Below, in pieces: positions 12,351-25,935 of a stretch of DNA of 64,000 nucleotides; the stretch's first letter is position 1; every line of letters begins with the position of its first letter. The DNA lies in NCBI GenBank assembly GCA_951406725.2, contig OX597822.1, forward strand, positions 57,474,001 through 57,538,000, in the 5' to 3' direction. Under the pieces are notes generated by a model. That model was not told where the DNA came from and made no database searches. It saw nothing but the letters and a program-made list of their open reading frames with translations. The translations under genes and the position numbers were made by a program. This stretch comes from Octopus vulgaris. Lineage: Eukaryota.

Positions 12351-15212
12351 ATACATGTCACCTTTCAACAGTAAGCCACATTTTTAATTGCTCAAAGATT
12401 TTTGAAGAGTTTCATTTCACATCATAAATCAAGCACATTTCTATCTCAAACAAATAAATATTTCAGTCTTTACATCTAAATAGTAATCCAAAAAATTCTT
12501 CCATCAAGCCCTCTTTACTCCAGAATGAGCTTTTATGTTTAGCTATCTATTTTATATGACAAATGAGAGGTCAATAGTAAGAAGGCCATTCAGTATATAC
12601 TGAATAACTCAAATTTTCACCCCATACAATGTATACAATCATTGGTATCTGATTAGGAGTTCGCTCAACTGCCAAACATCTTAAATAGTTGGATAAGATA
12701 TTGCTTACTAAAATACTCATGATAAAAAAAAATTAATTAAAATATAAATTTTTAAGGTGATTTTGAAGACCTAGGGAATATATGGTTTCACAATAGAGGA
12801 GAGACATCAAATGATGCCTGTTTATCTCAGGTTACCAACATCCTCAGATGATCCTGACAGCTTGGTCAATTGAGTTTATGTAGAATAAAGTGTTCAGTTC
12901 AGAAACAACAAATTTCTTTAACTTAAACCTACAAGCAGAGAGCCCAATACTTTCTCCATTCACCTGTATGAATCCCAGAGAATCATTGTTATTTCTGCTG
13001 TAGTTTTTAGCTCTGATGTGGCCAACTTACTTATATTCAAAGATAAGACCATGCCACCTTTTTATATACAATTATCCAATGTGTCTTACTACATTATCCA
13101 ATGTATCTCTCTCTAAAATATTAGGGTGTAGTTTTAAGGAGATACAGTTGCTACTTCTTTCAAGTTGAGTTTACACAGAGGCTCCCTCAATGGTTATACT
13201 AATAATAGGCCAAAGACATAATGATTTTGTCTATCTCATAGAAATAACACTATCATTACTCTGCTATCTTTAGTCTATCCATACATAGATTATCTAGACA
13301 ACCTGATCTACCTGTAAAATTAATGTTTTGCTCTACTAGCTACAAAGGTACCCTAGTTTCACCAACTTCAAACAGATCTGACAATAAAACAGGTAGCACT
13401 TGATGAGTAGAGAGTTGAAGCAACAGACACATCTCTTCACCCCATTGCATCATAGAGCAGAAGTGATGCTGAAAAATTCAATCAATACCAAACATCAAAA
13501 AGAACCAGTACAAAAATACAGACAAATCAATACAGAAAAAGCTGATTTAATTGCTGAGTAAAAGAAAATAATTCTAATTTTAAAATATATAAAATAATGA
13601 AATAAAACAACTCCAAAACTCAATATTGTTGGCACAAAGATTAGAAACAGTTTAACATATAAAAAGAAAAAAATTTTTAAATGCTATTCCTAAATAGTGA
13701 ATTAATCCTAAATTATCTTTTCACTACCATAATGTCTATCTGGCAATGAACACTACCATCATTGGAAATAGTTTCCTTGAATCATTCCTTCATTATTCAA
13801 TAAACCACAAGTATTCACAAACAAATACTCATAACTAAATTCTTCTCATATTAAGCAGATGAGAAGCAAATTTCTTTCTGAAAAGAATGATCGTCTATAA
13901 CATAACTTTACTAGAAAGGCACAGTAGCACCAAATTTTATTATGAAGTATGTTGAATTGTCTTGCTTAGTGATGCCAACAAAATGCTTAGCAGTGGCACT
14001 TAAAGTCATAACCTAAGAAGTGAGAAGTTGATAATTTACAGACATCAAATAGTAGCTACTATCTCATGCAAAAAGACTAAGAATGAATTACTGTTCAGTA
14101 ATTCAAGATAATTTCAAATTTATACAGAAAATTATCCATATCATATATTGTTGTTATCTTGGATGCTAAGCACTAAGTTAGTCTTGATAAAGCAAATCTA
14201 TAATCAAAAATGTTCCAGCCTTATTCCTTTATATATCCAGAGTTATAGTGTCCAAAGTGTCCCTTTTTTAAAGACAGATACAGTTTGAGGAAGATGTAGC
14301 TGTTATATCTAAAAAGGTTGAACAACTGCATACAGCTCCCACTGGATCATTTACTGTTGCTGATGTTACGCATGTAATATATTGCATGCTGTGTATATTA
14401 GTGTTTATTTTGATGCACATCAAAAACAAAATGTATGTTCAGTACTCATGGGCATACATATGTGTAGATATATATGTGTATCCATTGGGGCACAAATGCA
14501 TATAGATTTGTAATTATTGATTTTGATACACAGATGTACTCAGAACAATTGGTTTTTAAATCTGAGTAAAGTATTTTGTTGCTGTTTAGTCCAAACCTAT
14601 GATCAACATCATACCAGTTGTGACCATCCTATCTTCTTGTATATCCAGAACTATGCTGCCTAATGTCATTCTTTTTTTCTCCTACTTTTTAAGATGTTAG
14701 AGACTTCTTAACAGTGACATGGCTGCAATTTTTAGTAGGTTCATGATTTTAGATGTACAATTTATAGCCATTACAGCAAAGGCAAGCAGGCATAATCATA
14801 TTGCCTACGGACACAAGAAAACAGCATTAGTAGGCATGAATTCATGACTATGGAATCAAGTAAATCAGCTCTTTAACATCAGTTGCTATATTTTTATATT
14901 CACCCCAGTTTACCAACTCACTATGTAATTAAGAACTTTAGAAACTTTGCATATCTATTTTCCTCAAAAGAGCAACAGGTTGGGTAGTTTGTGCAAGTAT
15001 AGATGTTGGCATATCATTGCAGCATCAACTACTTAAACACTTGAATATCTGCTCTTTCCTATTATTAAACAGTTAATTGTAAAATAACTTTTGACATCAG
15101 GCAAATTAGAACAAGCAAAACAATAGGGAAACAACTAATGCAAGATTTGAAATAATAACCATATGATGATCAGCAGGCCAGGTTGTTACCCTCGCATACA
15201 TATAAGTTTGTA

Positions 15213-15241
<29 letters not shown>

Positions 15242-15245
<4 letters not shown>

Positions 15246-15770
15246 GTTTGGGCTAAATTTAACAGTATGCATAAAAGGAATAGAAAACACAATATCCCAT
15301 CTCAAAATAAAGTATTTAAAAAAATTAAAACATATCAACTAGATTACAGCCGGGAGATGACCATTTGCACAAAGTATCCACCCACCCTCAGCATCCACCA
15401 CAACCGTAACATGAGTCCAGAACCTGACACATGCATTCCTCACTGTGTCCCTAGGAAGATCTTCAAACACCTCCTTCATCTTGGCCACCAGCTCAGCCTT
15501 CATATTGCAGGCAAAGTGGTTGGTATTTTTCTCAACCACACCCCATACATAGTAATCCATGGGATAACAATTGGAGGAATTAGGAAGCCAGAAACTTGGG
15601 GCTGGAGAAGTCATTGTGACTCTTTCCAAAAGCATGGCAAGGAGCTGAATCCTGCTGCCATACATATGGTCTTCTAGCAACAACCCTCTCCAGACAGCAA
15701 TTGACCACAGTCTCCAGCAGCTTCACATAGCCATCTGAATTGTGGAGATGAATTCTGGCATGCAAATGCA
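15242..15770 (-). mobile_element. Tc1/mariner (maT/DD37D-like) transposase remnant
   Basis: Frameshifted translations contain VWQQDSAPCH and FWLPNSSNCYPMDYYVWG...VVDAEGGWI, matching the QQD.AP.H and WPP.SPD.NP.DY motifs. Confidence 0.8.
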
Positions 15771-15829
15771 GAACACCTGCTGTGTCTTTTTCTACTGGTC
15801 ACAAGTTTATGTCAAGTAACTCTAAAATA

Positions 15830-16770
15830 AAAATTCTATATACCAGTGCAAAATTACTTCTGGTAATGAAGTATTTTTTATATAGGCAGTTCATCTTCTC
15901 AATTATCCAAAAGAATTTCTAATCATTACTTTACATTTAGGTATAGGAATAAACGTAACAGTACAGGGCTTAAATTAATTTGGTATCTAAAAGACCACAA
16001 TAAACAATTTAATTTAGATTGGTTGATTCTTTCAATTTCAATACCTTATGATAAAGGCAAGGAATTCTGTCTTCTCTGTAATTCTGAACTATCTTTTACT
16101 CTTTTTCTAAAAATCCCCTTGTAAACACTGTTATAGCGCGTGCATACCGATGTAAACATTGGAAGAAACACACCTTTAGTTCATATAAGTGATATTTATC
16201 ATTATATATAATTATAAACAATTTTTTCTTACATTTGACATTCACTAGATATATCTTTTTCTAAGACTATAGGGTTTTATTTAATATACAAATCATTATA
16301 TACTTCTCATTTATTTGGTTTCTTCTTTCATCTACCCCCCTCTCTTTCTATAGGCTATCTTTGACGTTATATCCTCATACGTTTTTTAAAACAAACTTAA
16401 TAGTGTTCAGTTAATCACTATACATATCCATCATTTTCTGTTAAAATGTCTTATTGACGAGTTTCATTTCTTCATTTCCCTGAAGAGAAGATTACATTGT
16501 TTTACACCATTTTATTCCTTTGAAATAATACCAGTGATATCTTCGAAATATGTGTCGGAAGTAAAAGAATTTGAATAACACCTGCATTTAACTCCATTTA
16601 CTTGGTTATATATATTATACAAAATATTTCACATAAACCCAGAGTTTCTACCTTTAAAAACAAGGGGTTACAACCTTTTTACTTGTGTGATTTTTTGCTA
16701 CCCTAGTAACTATTTATCTATTTCTTCCGTGTTAATTGTTAACAAGGGAAAAATACACACATCTATTTAT
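15830..16770 (+). mobile_element. Penelope-like retroelement 3' end: GIY-YIG endonuclease remnant plus pseudo-LTR
   Basis: Manual translation with two frameshifts: SIYQCKITSGNEVF/YIGSSSSQLSKRISNHYFTFRYRNKRNSTGLKLIWYLKDHNKQFNLDWLILSISIPYDKGKEFCLLCNSELSFTL/..LVNTVIARAYRCKHWKKH. This matches the IY..YIG, R..H, IW.LK, W.IL, C.LC..E and C.H motifs of Neptune-type PLE endonucleases. Confidence 0.85.
16474..16562 (+). ncRNA. Type I hammerhead ribozyme (Penelope-associated)
   Basis: Stem I ATTTCC (16474-79) / GGAAGT (16557-62); core CTGAAGA (16480-86); stem II GAAGAT (16487-92) / ATCTTC (16539-44); GAAA (16545-48); minimal stem III; GTC triplet with predicted cleavage after C16556. Confidence 0.8.
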
Positions 16771-18148
16771 ATATGTATATATATACACACACACACACAC
16801 ACACATACACACACTTTCATTTCTTTTGTGTGTGTGTGTGTGTGTTGTATAGAAAGTACAACAGTGTTCAAGTTAATAATCTTTTTATTAAAGATAGTAT
16901 GCATCCTTAATTTTCTATTAAAAAAACACTGTGCGGTGATTCTGTGGAAATTTTGGCAACAGTGAATACCAGAACATAAAATCCCGTTGACACAGCAGAG
17001 CTGATATTGCTCCATGTATACATGGGTGCTTCTTTCAATGAACTTGCACGAAATTCTGCACACACATACATATGCAAACATACTAACCTATGTGTATGCA
17101 TACATAGAGAGAGATAACATGAAACAAAGATAGATGGCGAGATAAATACACATACACGTCTATATAATTCATAAAATGAGATAAGTTTGTGAGAGTCAGA
17201 CAGAGAAGAAAACAAGAGGGAAAAGCAATAGACACAAACTAAGTAAACATAAGCACATTTCTGAATCTTAGCACTGAACACACATAAAGACAGATAAAGA
17301 GCAAGAGGTAAAAAAGAGATAAAAACATTGAGAGAGCAGGAGACACAGACACAAGCATACACATTAATACATAACCTATGCACACACACACACACACACA
17401 CACAGATAAACACACAGACGTAAGAATGTTGCTAATATGATGTTGAATCAACTGTAGTTGCTAAGAGTTTGTTGTTGACGTTTTTGTTCATCCCAATGTC
17501 AAACCTGGGCACTCAGATTTGGTACTGAAGACATTCTCAAACTACTTAAAATAACAGCTGAATCTTTCCCAATTTACACTTTGACATATACATACACACA
17601 CACACACATATATATATACATATATATATAGATGTATATGTGTGTCTACTCACACATGCAGACATATAATCATAAAGTCTCCTATAAATGCTTCAGAATG
17701 TTGAGCAAAGGTGTACTGCAAAGGTAAATCAGTTAATACAGTAATTGGTTTCAAAGTCAAAACAAAGAGCACAAGGCAAAAAGAAAAGAAAAACAGCATA
17801 AATGGATTCAGCAAAGTTATGAATGGTGAATGTGAAATGCTATAATACAGGAGATGAACTGACAAGACACAGATATATGAATGGTATAGAATAAACATTA
17901 ATGCACAAACACACACACACAAGGATATAGGCTCCTATTAGCAGTGTAAGAAAGCATTGGTTTATTATATTTGTAACTCTACAGTTTTTGCACCATGGAA
18001 GACATTTTGCAAAACTCCTTTTACTCAACTTTTTATTTATAAAAAAATTCTTAATAGCACTCATTGTAAACTGAAGTTGTACAAATATATAATGACTGCA
18101 CATAAACATATACACATGCCTGTGTATATATCAGATATGAACACTTGT

Positions 18149-18472
18149 TGAGACCCCCTTCGGTCATGACTGACCGTGGGATTGCACCTAGAAAGTGACC
18201 CTCCCAAGCACAAGTCCGGGCAAGGTTGTTTATGGAAGACCAGCATACCGGCCTCCCCTCTCCACGCCACCAGTGTTTATCCAAGGGAAAGGCAAAGGCC
18301 GATAGAGCTTGGCACCTGTGACGTCGCAACTCATTTCTACAGATGAGTGAACTGGAGCAATATGAAATAAAGTGTCTTGCTCAAGAACACAACACACAGC
18401 CTGGTCCGGGATTCAAACTCACAACCTCACAATTGTAAGCTCAACACTAACCACTGAGCCATGCGCCTTCAC
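18149..18472 (-). mobile_element. Full-length tRNA-derived SINE (family C) with 11-bp TSD
   Basis: Minus-strand head GTGAAGGCGCATGGCTCAGTGGTTAG...GAGTTTGAATCCC; GTGTTCTTGAGCAAGACACTT core; TGAACACTTGT at 18138-18148 and 18473-18483. Confidence 0.9.
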
Positions 18473-19594
18473 TGAACACTTGTAAAGAGACTGATATAAG
18501 CTTGATCCTCATGGAGGGCTCAGGATGATTAGTGATATGCAGTTCTCAAGACCCATCCAACTTGGTGAAGCTAAGTTTTGGGAGCACTGTGTGTTTGTGT
18601 ATTTATATATGCATATCAAGGCCCTTTTCCTCAAAACACCCCACTAATGATCATCTCTCTAATTGCAGCTTTTATTTGATATTACTATTCTATATCACTA
18701 CCTTAAACCACTTCACTTGATATCCATCCTTCATACTAAATACTATCTTCTGTAGCAACATTTTACTTTGCTCATCCCACCCACTGAACCACCAAATTAT
18801 CTCTCTTTTTCTAACTCTCCCCATGCTCTATACCTTCTTCTTTCCCTCCACTCTTGCAACCTACCCAATCACATCTCTCTCATCCTTCCTGTCTACATTA
18901 TCATTATTGCAATTCTGCTAATCATCATCCCAATGTATTATTGGTCACCTCCTATCTCTTATTCCCATCCCACTATTCACTACATCCACCCCTCAACCTT
19001 ATTCAATCCCAGCAGTTGTCACCTACTCTTCCCAACCTCTCCTACTTATCATCCCTCAACACTTGTTCTACATTTATTATATACACCTTCTCACTCTTTC
19101 ATCATCTCTCATTCTTCCGTACATTCTTGCAACCTCTATCTACACTCCCTTTTTTTCTGACCCCACCTACTTCTACTTACCTTGTACCTTAAAGGTTCAA
19201 ACAGACACCTCATCACTACTATTTCTATCTTTTCCAAACTCTACTCCAATATTGACACCCTCTTCTTCTGAAATGTGAGTAGCCAAGTAGCTTTCTACAG
19301 TAAGAAACCTGTTCTGCTCTGGTTCCTCCTCTCGTGCTTTAACCCCTTGTCTCACAGCAGTACTCTTCTCAAGAGCCCATAGTCCTATAAGCTGCATGGT
19401 AACCCCACTAGAGCTAGTGACAAAAAAAAAAAAAAAAGCACTGACACCAAAGTAGACATTGGAGTACAATGCAGCCCTTGGACTATCAGATCCTGTCAAA
19501 TGATACAATACATGCCTGTATGGAACGAACATGAAATAACGATGATGATAGACACACGTATGTACATATAAATCTACACACAAACACTTGCCAA

Positions 19595-19990
19595 CACATC
19601 TGTACATATACATCTCAGGTGAGGCCCACAGTGGAGTACTGCTACTTCACAAACATCCTGGACCACATTCAGAAAAGGACCATCAAATTGAATGGTATTA
19701 AACCACTCACTGACATGCTCCAGCCTCTATCCCACAGGTGAGCTGTCACTTATCCTCGCCTTATATAATGCTACTATAACAGTCTCTTAGGAGAAAGTTG
19801 AGTTCATAACACCTTCACTCAGGCATTCTTAATACTCATCTCTGCTAATTACATCAAATTTTTATGTACAACACCCAAGGCCTTGCACAAATCGCTTTGT
19901 CCCTTCCTTCTCAGAATACCATTCCTTTGAAACTCTCTCCCTACTCACATCTTTCCCCACAGGTGTTGACTAGTAATAGTTCAAGCAGAA
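19595..19990 (+). mobile_element. CR1/Jockey-like LINE C-terminal remnant
   Basis: Translates to VRPTVEYC...LDHIQKRTIKL...LQPLSHR, matching the RP.LEY / LD.VQ.RA / LQPL.HRR motifs. Confidence 0.6.
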
Positions 19991-20539
19991 CATTAATGTC
20001 TTCAAAAGACTGGTCCCAGAGGTCTTACAAAGGCCAAGGGCACTGCTCTCTCCTCTGCACCCAGCAAGTAAGGGAAAACACATGCATACAATGGTTTTTC
20101 CTTTGTCTTGTGAAATAGTTGGTGATCTCACTAGTACCAGTGCCAAAGAAGAAAACACCTAGTACACTCTGAAAAGTGGTACAGCATCCAACTGTACAAA
20201 ACAATACCAAAGCAGATATTGTAGTTTGTTGCATCCTGTCAAACCGTGCAACTCCCCCACCCACACTCACACACAAATATGTGTATGTTTACATGTGAAA
20301 ACATGTATGTATATGGAATGGCATTGAGATGTAAAACCTCTGCCAAAAAAAATGCAGATTGACAAATCAGATTGAAACACCAACAACAATAAAATGATTG
20401 ACACTTACACTGTGGGGGATAGAGTATCTATCACAGTGGGGGGTAGTCAGGTGTAAACAACTTCCAACAATCATCAAGCAATTACACCACAACTCTCTTG
20501 CTTCCACAGACAACAGCTTCCTTTCATTCTACAAGTTTT

Positions 20540-20720
20540 AGGTCTGCCACTGTCAATGACAGCACAGTTAGAAGTAGGGCTGGTGATGTAGCTAAGATAC
20601 TAGAGCGGAAGTGAGAGGTTGTGGGATGTGTAGAAAGTGTTACTGGGAGGGGATTTAGTCAAATTCTTCACAGTCAGAGAGCACAGAATACAAGTTCTTC
20701 TGAGCAGGTAACAGCTTCGA
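20540..20720 (+). mobile_element. RTE LINE AP-endonuclease N-terminal remnant
   Basis: RSATVNDSTVRSRAGDVAKILERK*EVVGCV...YKFF*AG resembles R.ATLNVGT..GR..E...LERR.VD..C.QE...YKFFW.G. Confidence 0.5.
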
Positions 20721-21129
20721 TATTGCTCATGAAGGTTTTCTCATAATACAGAAAAAAAAAAAAAAAAAGCAATTGAGTACATAACGTAATTAAGTAGCTG
20801 GGATAAATGTTAAAAAATTCAATTATTAATTAGAGGTAACATGACAACATCCATTATCTTTATTTATGTCCCATCATTAGGATTAATGGAGGATTAAATG
20901 GACTGGTTTTATGACGCACTTGTGCAAACAACTAAAAAAAACTGGTGACAGCATCATCATCTTCAACATAAAAAAAATATCACCATAGATATTGCGGTGT
21001 GTACAGAACCAATGATTACAATATAAGAAATGAAGGAAAAATGAGGCTCAGTTTTTACAATACTATATTTCCCATCATCTCATCTTCTTCACCTACTGAA
21101 CTCTGAGATGGTCGGGGGGGGGGGGGGGG

Positions 21130-21400
21130 GCAGAGTCCTTAAGCACGGGTTTCCATCATGTCCTGTTAGAAGCAACCAATCCCTCATTGATCCAGCTGGA
21201 TCCCCAAGCAAGACCAACAGAGCTCAAGGATGCTATCTAACCATCTTGCTTGTGGTCTACCCCTGGGTCTCCTGCCAGATTGGTTTTGACCCGTAAAACC
21301 TGACCACCGATTCTTTTCCAAGACATTCTTGGAATGGCCATAGAATCAGAGCTGTAATCCCTCCACTTAGAGAAATAGTGAGTCTACCTGGAGTGCCTCA
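21130..21400 (-). mobile_element. RTE LINE C-terminal remnant
   Basis: Minus-strand translation QL*FYGH...GRRPRGRPQARWLD. Confidence 0.65.
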
Positions 21401-24374
21401 AGTGAATGTATAACAGTTGGTGGTAAGAAAGAGAAGTTCAAAATGTGATCTCAATTTGCTACAAAAGATTTATCAATTCAACAAGGGAGCTGCTATGTGG
21501 TGGCTCAACTTGCTAGACATAACTGTCAAAATTTTCTTCATATCCTACTATCTGCAAAAAATAGAAAGACACACTGGATAATGTGGTTCATATATTTGAA
21601 AAGATATGATGGTATGTTCAATCAGAGCTGAACCTCGGTTCTCTTTGTGAAAAAGGCAGACTGCATGAAGTATGTATAAAGAGTACGATGCTTCACAGTA
21701 ATGAACTATAGATAACAGAGGATTAAAAATAGGAGCAGTGTCATAAGATATGAGCTTAACATTTGGTGACTAAGCTTTGTTTCCTGGTCATACTTGTTCC
21801 TGTTCTGTTATGTTGTCAAATCCTACACCACTAAGTCAATAAGCTGAACATTATTTAATGGATACTTCTTATCATAAAATGTCAGTTAACTATTTCACTA
21901 ACGTAAGAGACAGATATGTACTTTTCTTATTAGACACACATGGAAAAGTTGTAGCCAGGGATTAGAATCAATATTCAACAAGCGTTGCACTGAGTTTCCA
22001 ACCAAACTAGACCTGTTAAATTTAGACTACAGCATGGTAGCGCACAACACTGCAAGCCATGGAAACTAATAGTGCATTTTCTTTTTTAATTGCAGTGCTA
22101 GGCCCAATTCTTCCTACAAGCCTAGAAAAATGAAGAACTCAATCCAGTGTTTCCCCGAGAAATTATTGCTTCATCTGCAGGATTGCCAGATATCAGAGCT
22201 AACTTAGAGGCAGGTTTCATACCATGCTAGATATAAAAGAAATTACATACATATATAAATGTGAACATAATATACATGTTGTTGTTGACTCCAGGTCAAC
22301 TTCAGTCATGCAGGTGATCAAAGACATTCCAGCTGTGATTATGTGGACACAGCATGGTCAAATAGCTATGAAGTTTGCTCTGCAAACAGGAAGATTTAAG
22401 TTCAATCCCATTGCATGGTAGAATCTTGGACAAGTGCTTTTAAGTTTTTAACAATACCTCAAGCCAAACTAAGCTTTGTAAGTGAAATCTGGGAGACAAA
22501 AAACTGTGCAGAAGCTCATCTAATAGATTATACTTGTATTCAATGGCACAGTCTTGTCTCACTGGCTCAAATTGATTCTGCCTGAGAGTTACAGAGAGTA
22601 CACGTCTATGGAATATTCAGCCACTTAAACATTAATTCAATGAAAAGGTAATTCAGATGATCAAACAACTAAATCTGCATTGTGACTGTACTGTTGATCC
22701 AATGAGAACCTCCACGTGATCAACTGACCTGTTAAAATCTCTCAGGATTCAGACATTGGCCCGCAGTTAGCAAAGGTTTGACCCATCAAACAACTCCAGT
22801 GCTTATTTTAGCAAACTCTATTCATCAAATGGATACATTACATGTATACACCAAAACAGTCAGTGTGTGTGTGTGAGAGAGAGAATTTATAGTTGTATGT
22901 ATGTGTAATGGGCTTCCGTCACATTTTCCATTAACAAAATTCTACTTATAAGGTATTAGATAACTTGAAGCTAGACACTTGCCAAACGAGATACTGTGCA
23001 GTGGAATTGCACCCAGAACCACATGGTTCTGAAGACATTTTCACCATGTAGCAATACCTGCCTCATGTTAAGTACTTTTGCTTTTAAACAGGAAAACAGC
23101 AACACAAATAGTTTTTGTAGCAAGGATATCACATTTTCAAGCACACACACACACACACACACACAGTTGTTTCAATTTACAAATGAGAGAACAAAAGTAA
23201 TGTCTATGTTTATCTGAGGCTGAAATGGAAAGTGAAGACGTCTTAATTTCATCTATTCAGGACATCAACACATTTCATTTGCTTACTTGCTGTAACCTCT
23301 CACCTTTTCTACAGACACACACACTTTGTCTTTTTTCTTTCCCAGAATGCAGTTCTTCATTTCTGCTCCTACCTGTTATTTTACACTTTGACTTTGAGTT
23401 GTCTTCAATAACACACTACTTTCCATGACACTCTGCTATTTCTCAATTCAAAACTATTGTTCAAGCACTATCTTTGCTAATTATCATTACTCCAGTATTA
23501 CGTTTGTGCATATTTGTCTAGTGTTATTTTGTTTCACTTTATTTACACCAAAAAAATGCTTTTCTTTTCTCCAGTCACAAAAACTTAAGTATTTTTCCAT
23601 GTGAGAGAGTATCACTCCCTAACAACCCTTTTTGGTCTTGTTGACCCCACTAGGATTAGGTGTTAAAACTGCAGCAACCCTTAGAAGAGAAATGATGAAG
23701 AGAATTTTGTTTTCTTGTTATATTTGTTGCATACATTTTTATTGTTAGTGCCCAATATCTTCCATTTACAATGCCAATGCACACAGCCACACATATGGTG
23801 TACATACATACATACATATATATATATCTTCCATGCTACTACTATGGGTCGGACAGTTCTGCAAGAACTACATTGAGCTTCAATGCTTTGGCATGGCTTC
23901 TATGACTGGATGCTCTCCTAATACCAAGCACTTGCCAGAATATACTAGGTGATTTTTTTTTATGGTACAACACTAGTGAGACTGCTTTACACAGATATAC
24001 ACTCACATATAATATAGGTGCCACTTAAGCATGTAGTCTACATGGCAAAAGTTTATCTCATGTAATATGAATACAAATATTCCATGTTAGCATGATATCA
24101 GAAAAAATTGATATTTTACATAAATTCTTGAAATCATTTCCTCTTTTCAATTACTTGACTTTGAAGTAGGAAAGACATACTTTGCAGCACTGGCTCATGT
24201 CTTTGCCCAGCTGGAATTATTGTCCAATGTATACATACAATGAAGATTTCAGAATTTCTTCAGCAAAAAGTGGGTCTTTTCAACCAAAGATAAACAATAA
24301 CTAAAAACCAAAAATCAATACCAACTTTACCAACAGGATAGAATATTATGTTCCTGTTCACTCTTTTATTCTTT

Positions 24375-24710
24375 TTTTTTTTCAGTCATTGGACAGCAGC
24401 CACACAAGGGTATCACCTTCAAATTGACCCTAGTACTTATTTTAAGTCTGGACTTATTCTATTGGTCTCTTTTGCTGAACCACGAATTTACAAGGATGTA
24501 AATAAATAAACCAACTCTGGATGTCAGGCATTGTGGGGAACAAACACAAAGACGCACGTGTGCACACACACACAATGGGCTTCCACATAGTTTCCCCTCT
24601 ACCAAATTCACTCACAATGCATTGATTGGTACAGAGATATAGAAGACACTTGCTCATTGTGCAATAGAACTGAACCCAAAACCACTGAGATGTGAAACAA
24701 ACTTAACTAC
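24375..24710 (-). mobile_element. Family-A SINE, degenerate
   Basis: Reverse-complement homology to 701-1091. Confidence 0.7.
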
Positions 24711-25549
24711 TAAAGAGGTTTAACTTGCTCTAATTACTGATTATAATGTAAAGAAACATGAAACAACCTGTACAGAAGTTTGGTGATCATACAAGAATGA
24801 CAAGCGAAAGAAAATTCAAATAAATATATTCTAAGCCTTGACTTTTAAGGGTTAATCTTAGACCTAGTTTCATGACATTAAACAAATGAGGTACAAAGTT
24901 TATGACAATTTATCATAGATTACATTCCCAGATGATCAGTTACCTAACCATCTCACTCTCCATGTGCTACTCCTACAGATCCCAGGAAATATGGACCAAC
25001 AAGCCATCTTGTTCCACACCTTAGTTATTGGGTTAGTCTTTCTGAAGCCATCAAGTGAAGTTGTTGAATATCTATCTTCTCTCCCTCTCATCCTTGACTT
25101 CTCTCTTTCAGTTTCCCCTGTTTCTTCATTCATGATCCTTCAGACTTTATGGAATGCATGCAACTCAGTAAATTACGTAAAATTAAATGTACAACTCAAA
25201 TACACATACACAACAAAACACCTTCAATAGATTTGAAATTGGAATTTTTGAACCAATAATCAAAGCCACATCCATGTAAACTATAACTGAATTACTTACA
25301 TACAGTAACAATCTTAAAATTATTCAATAGCTTTAGCTGTAGCCATAGTTATTAACTTGAGAAAATCCAAAACCTACATGTAGCTGATGCTGAACTTGTT
25401 CACTTAAAATGTCTGAGGAAAATAAGAAATTCACAGATAACTAAAGATGACCAAGTTAATTATTGTTCCTGGCACCAACTTTACCCTCCTCTCTACAGAA
25501 TTACCATTTCAGACTTTGTCAATCACAAGATGCAAACTAAACTTAGCAA

Positions 25550-25935
25550 GGCATAGCTGTGTGGTAAGAAGCTTGCTTTCCAACCACATGGTTCCAGTTC
25601 CAGTCCCAGTCCCACTGCAATGTACCTTGGGCAAGTGTCTTCTATTATAGCCTTGGGCTGACCAAAGTCATATGAGTGGATTTGTAAATGAAAACTGAAA
25701 AGAAGCCTGTTGTGTGTGTATGAGAGAGTCTTTGAGTCTGCATTTGCCCACCACCACCACCTGACAACTGGTGTCGGTGTTTACATCCCTGTAACTTAGC
25801 AGTTTGGCAAAAGAGACCAATAGAATAAGTATCAGGCTCAAAAAAGTACTAGGAGCAATTCATTTGACCAAAAAGAATTCTTCAAGGTGGCACTCCAGCA
25901 TGGCCACAGTCAACTGATTGAAACAAGTAAAAGAT
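25550..25935 (+). mobile_element. Family-A SINE
   Basis: GGCATAGCTGTGTGGTAAGAAGCTTGC head through GAAACAAGTAAAAGA tail. Confidence 0.85.

Noticed and set aside
16687-18330. Multiple ORFs rich in CV/HT dipeptides
   Set aside because: Translations of (CA)n/(TG)n microsatellites and SINE sequence.
18768-19280. ORFs of 112-130 aa in a pyrimidine-rich tract (similar tract at 35400-35760)
   Set aside because: Low-complexity, decayed repeat sequence; composition alone explains the lack of stops.
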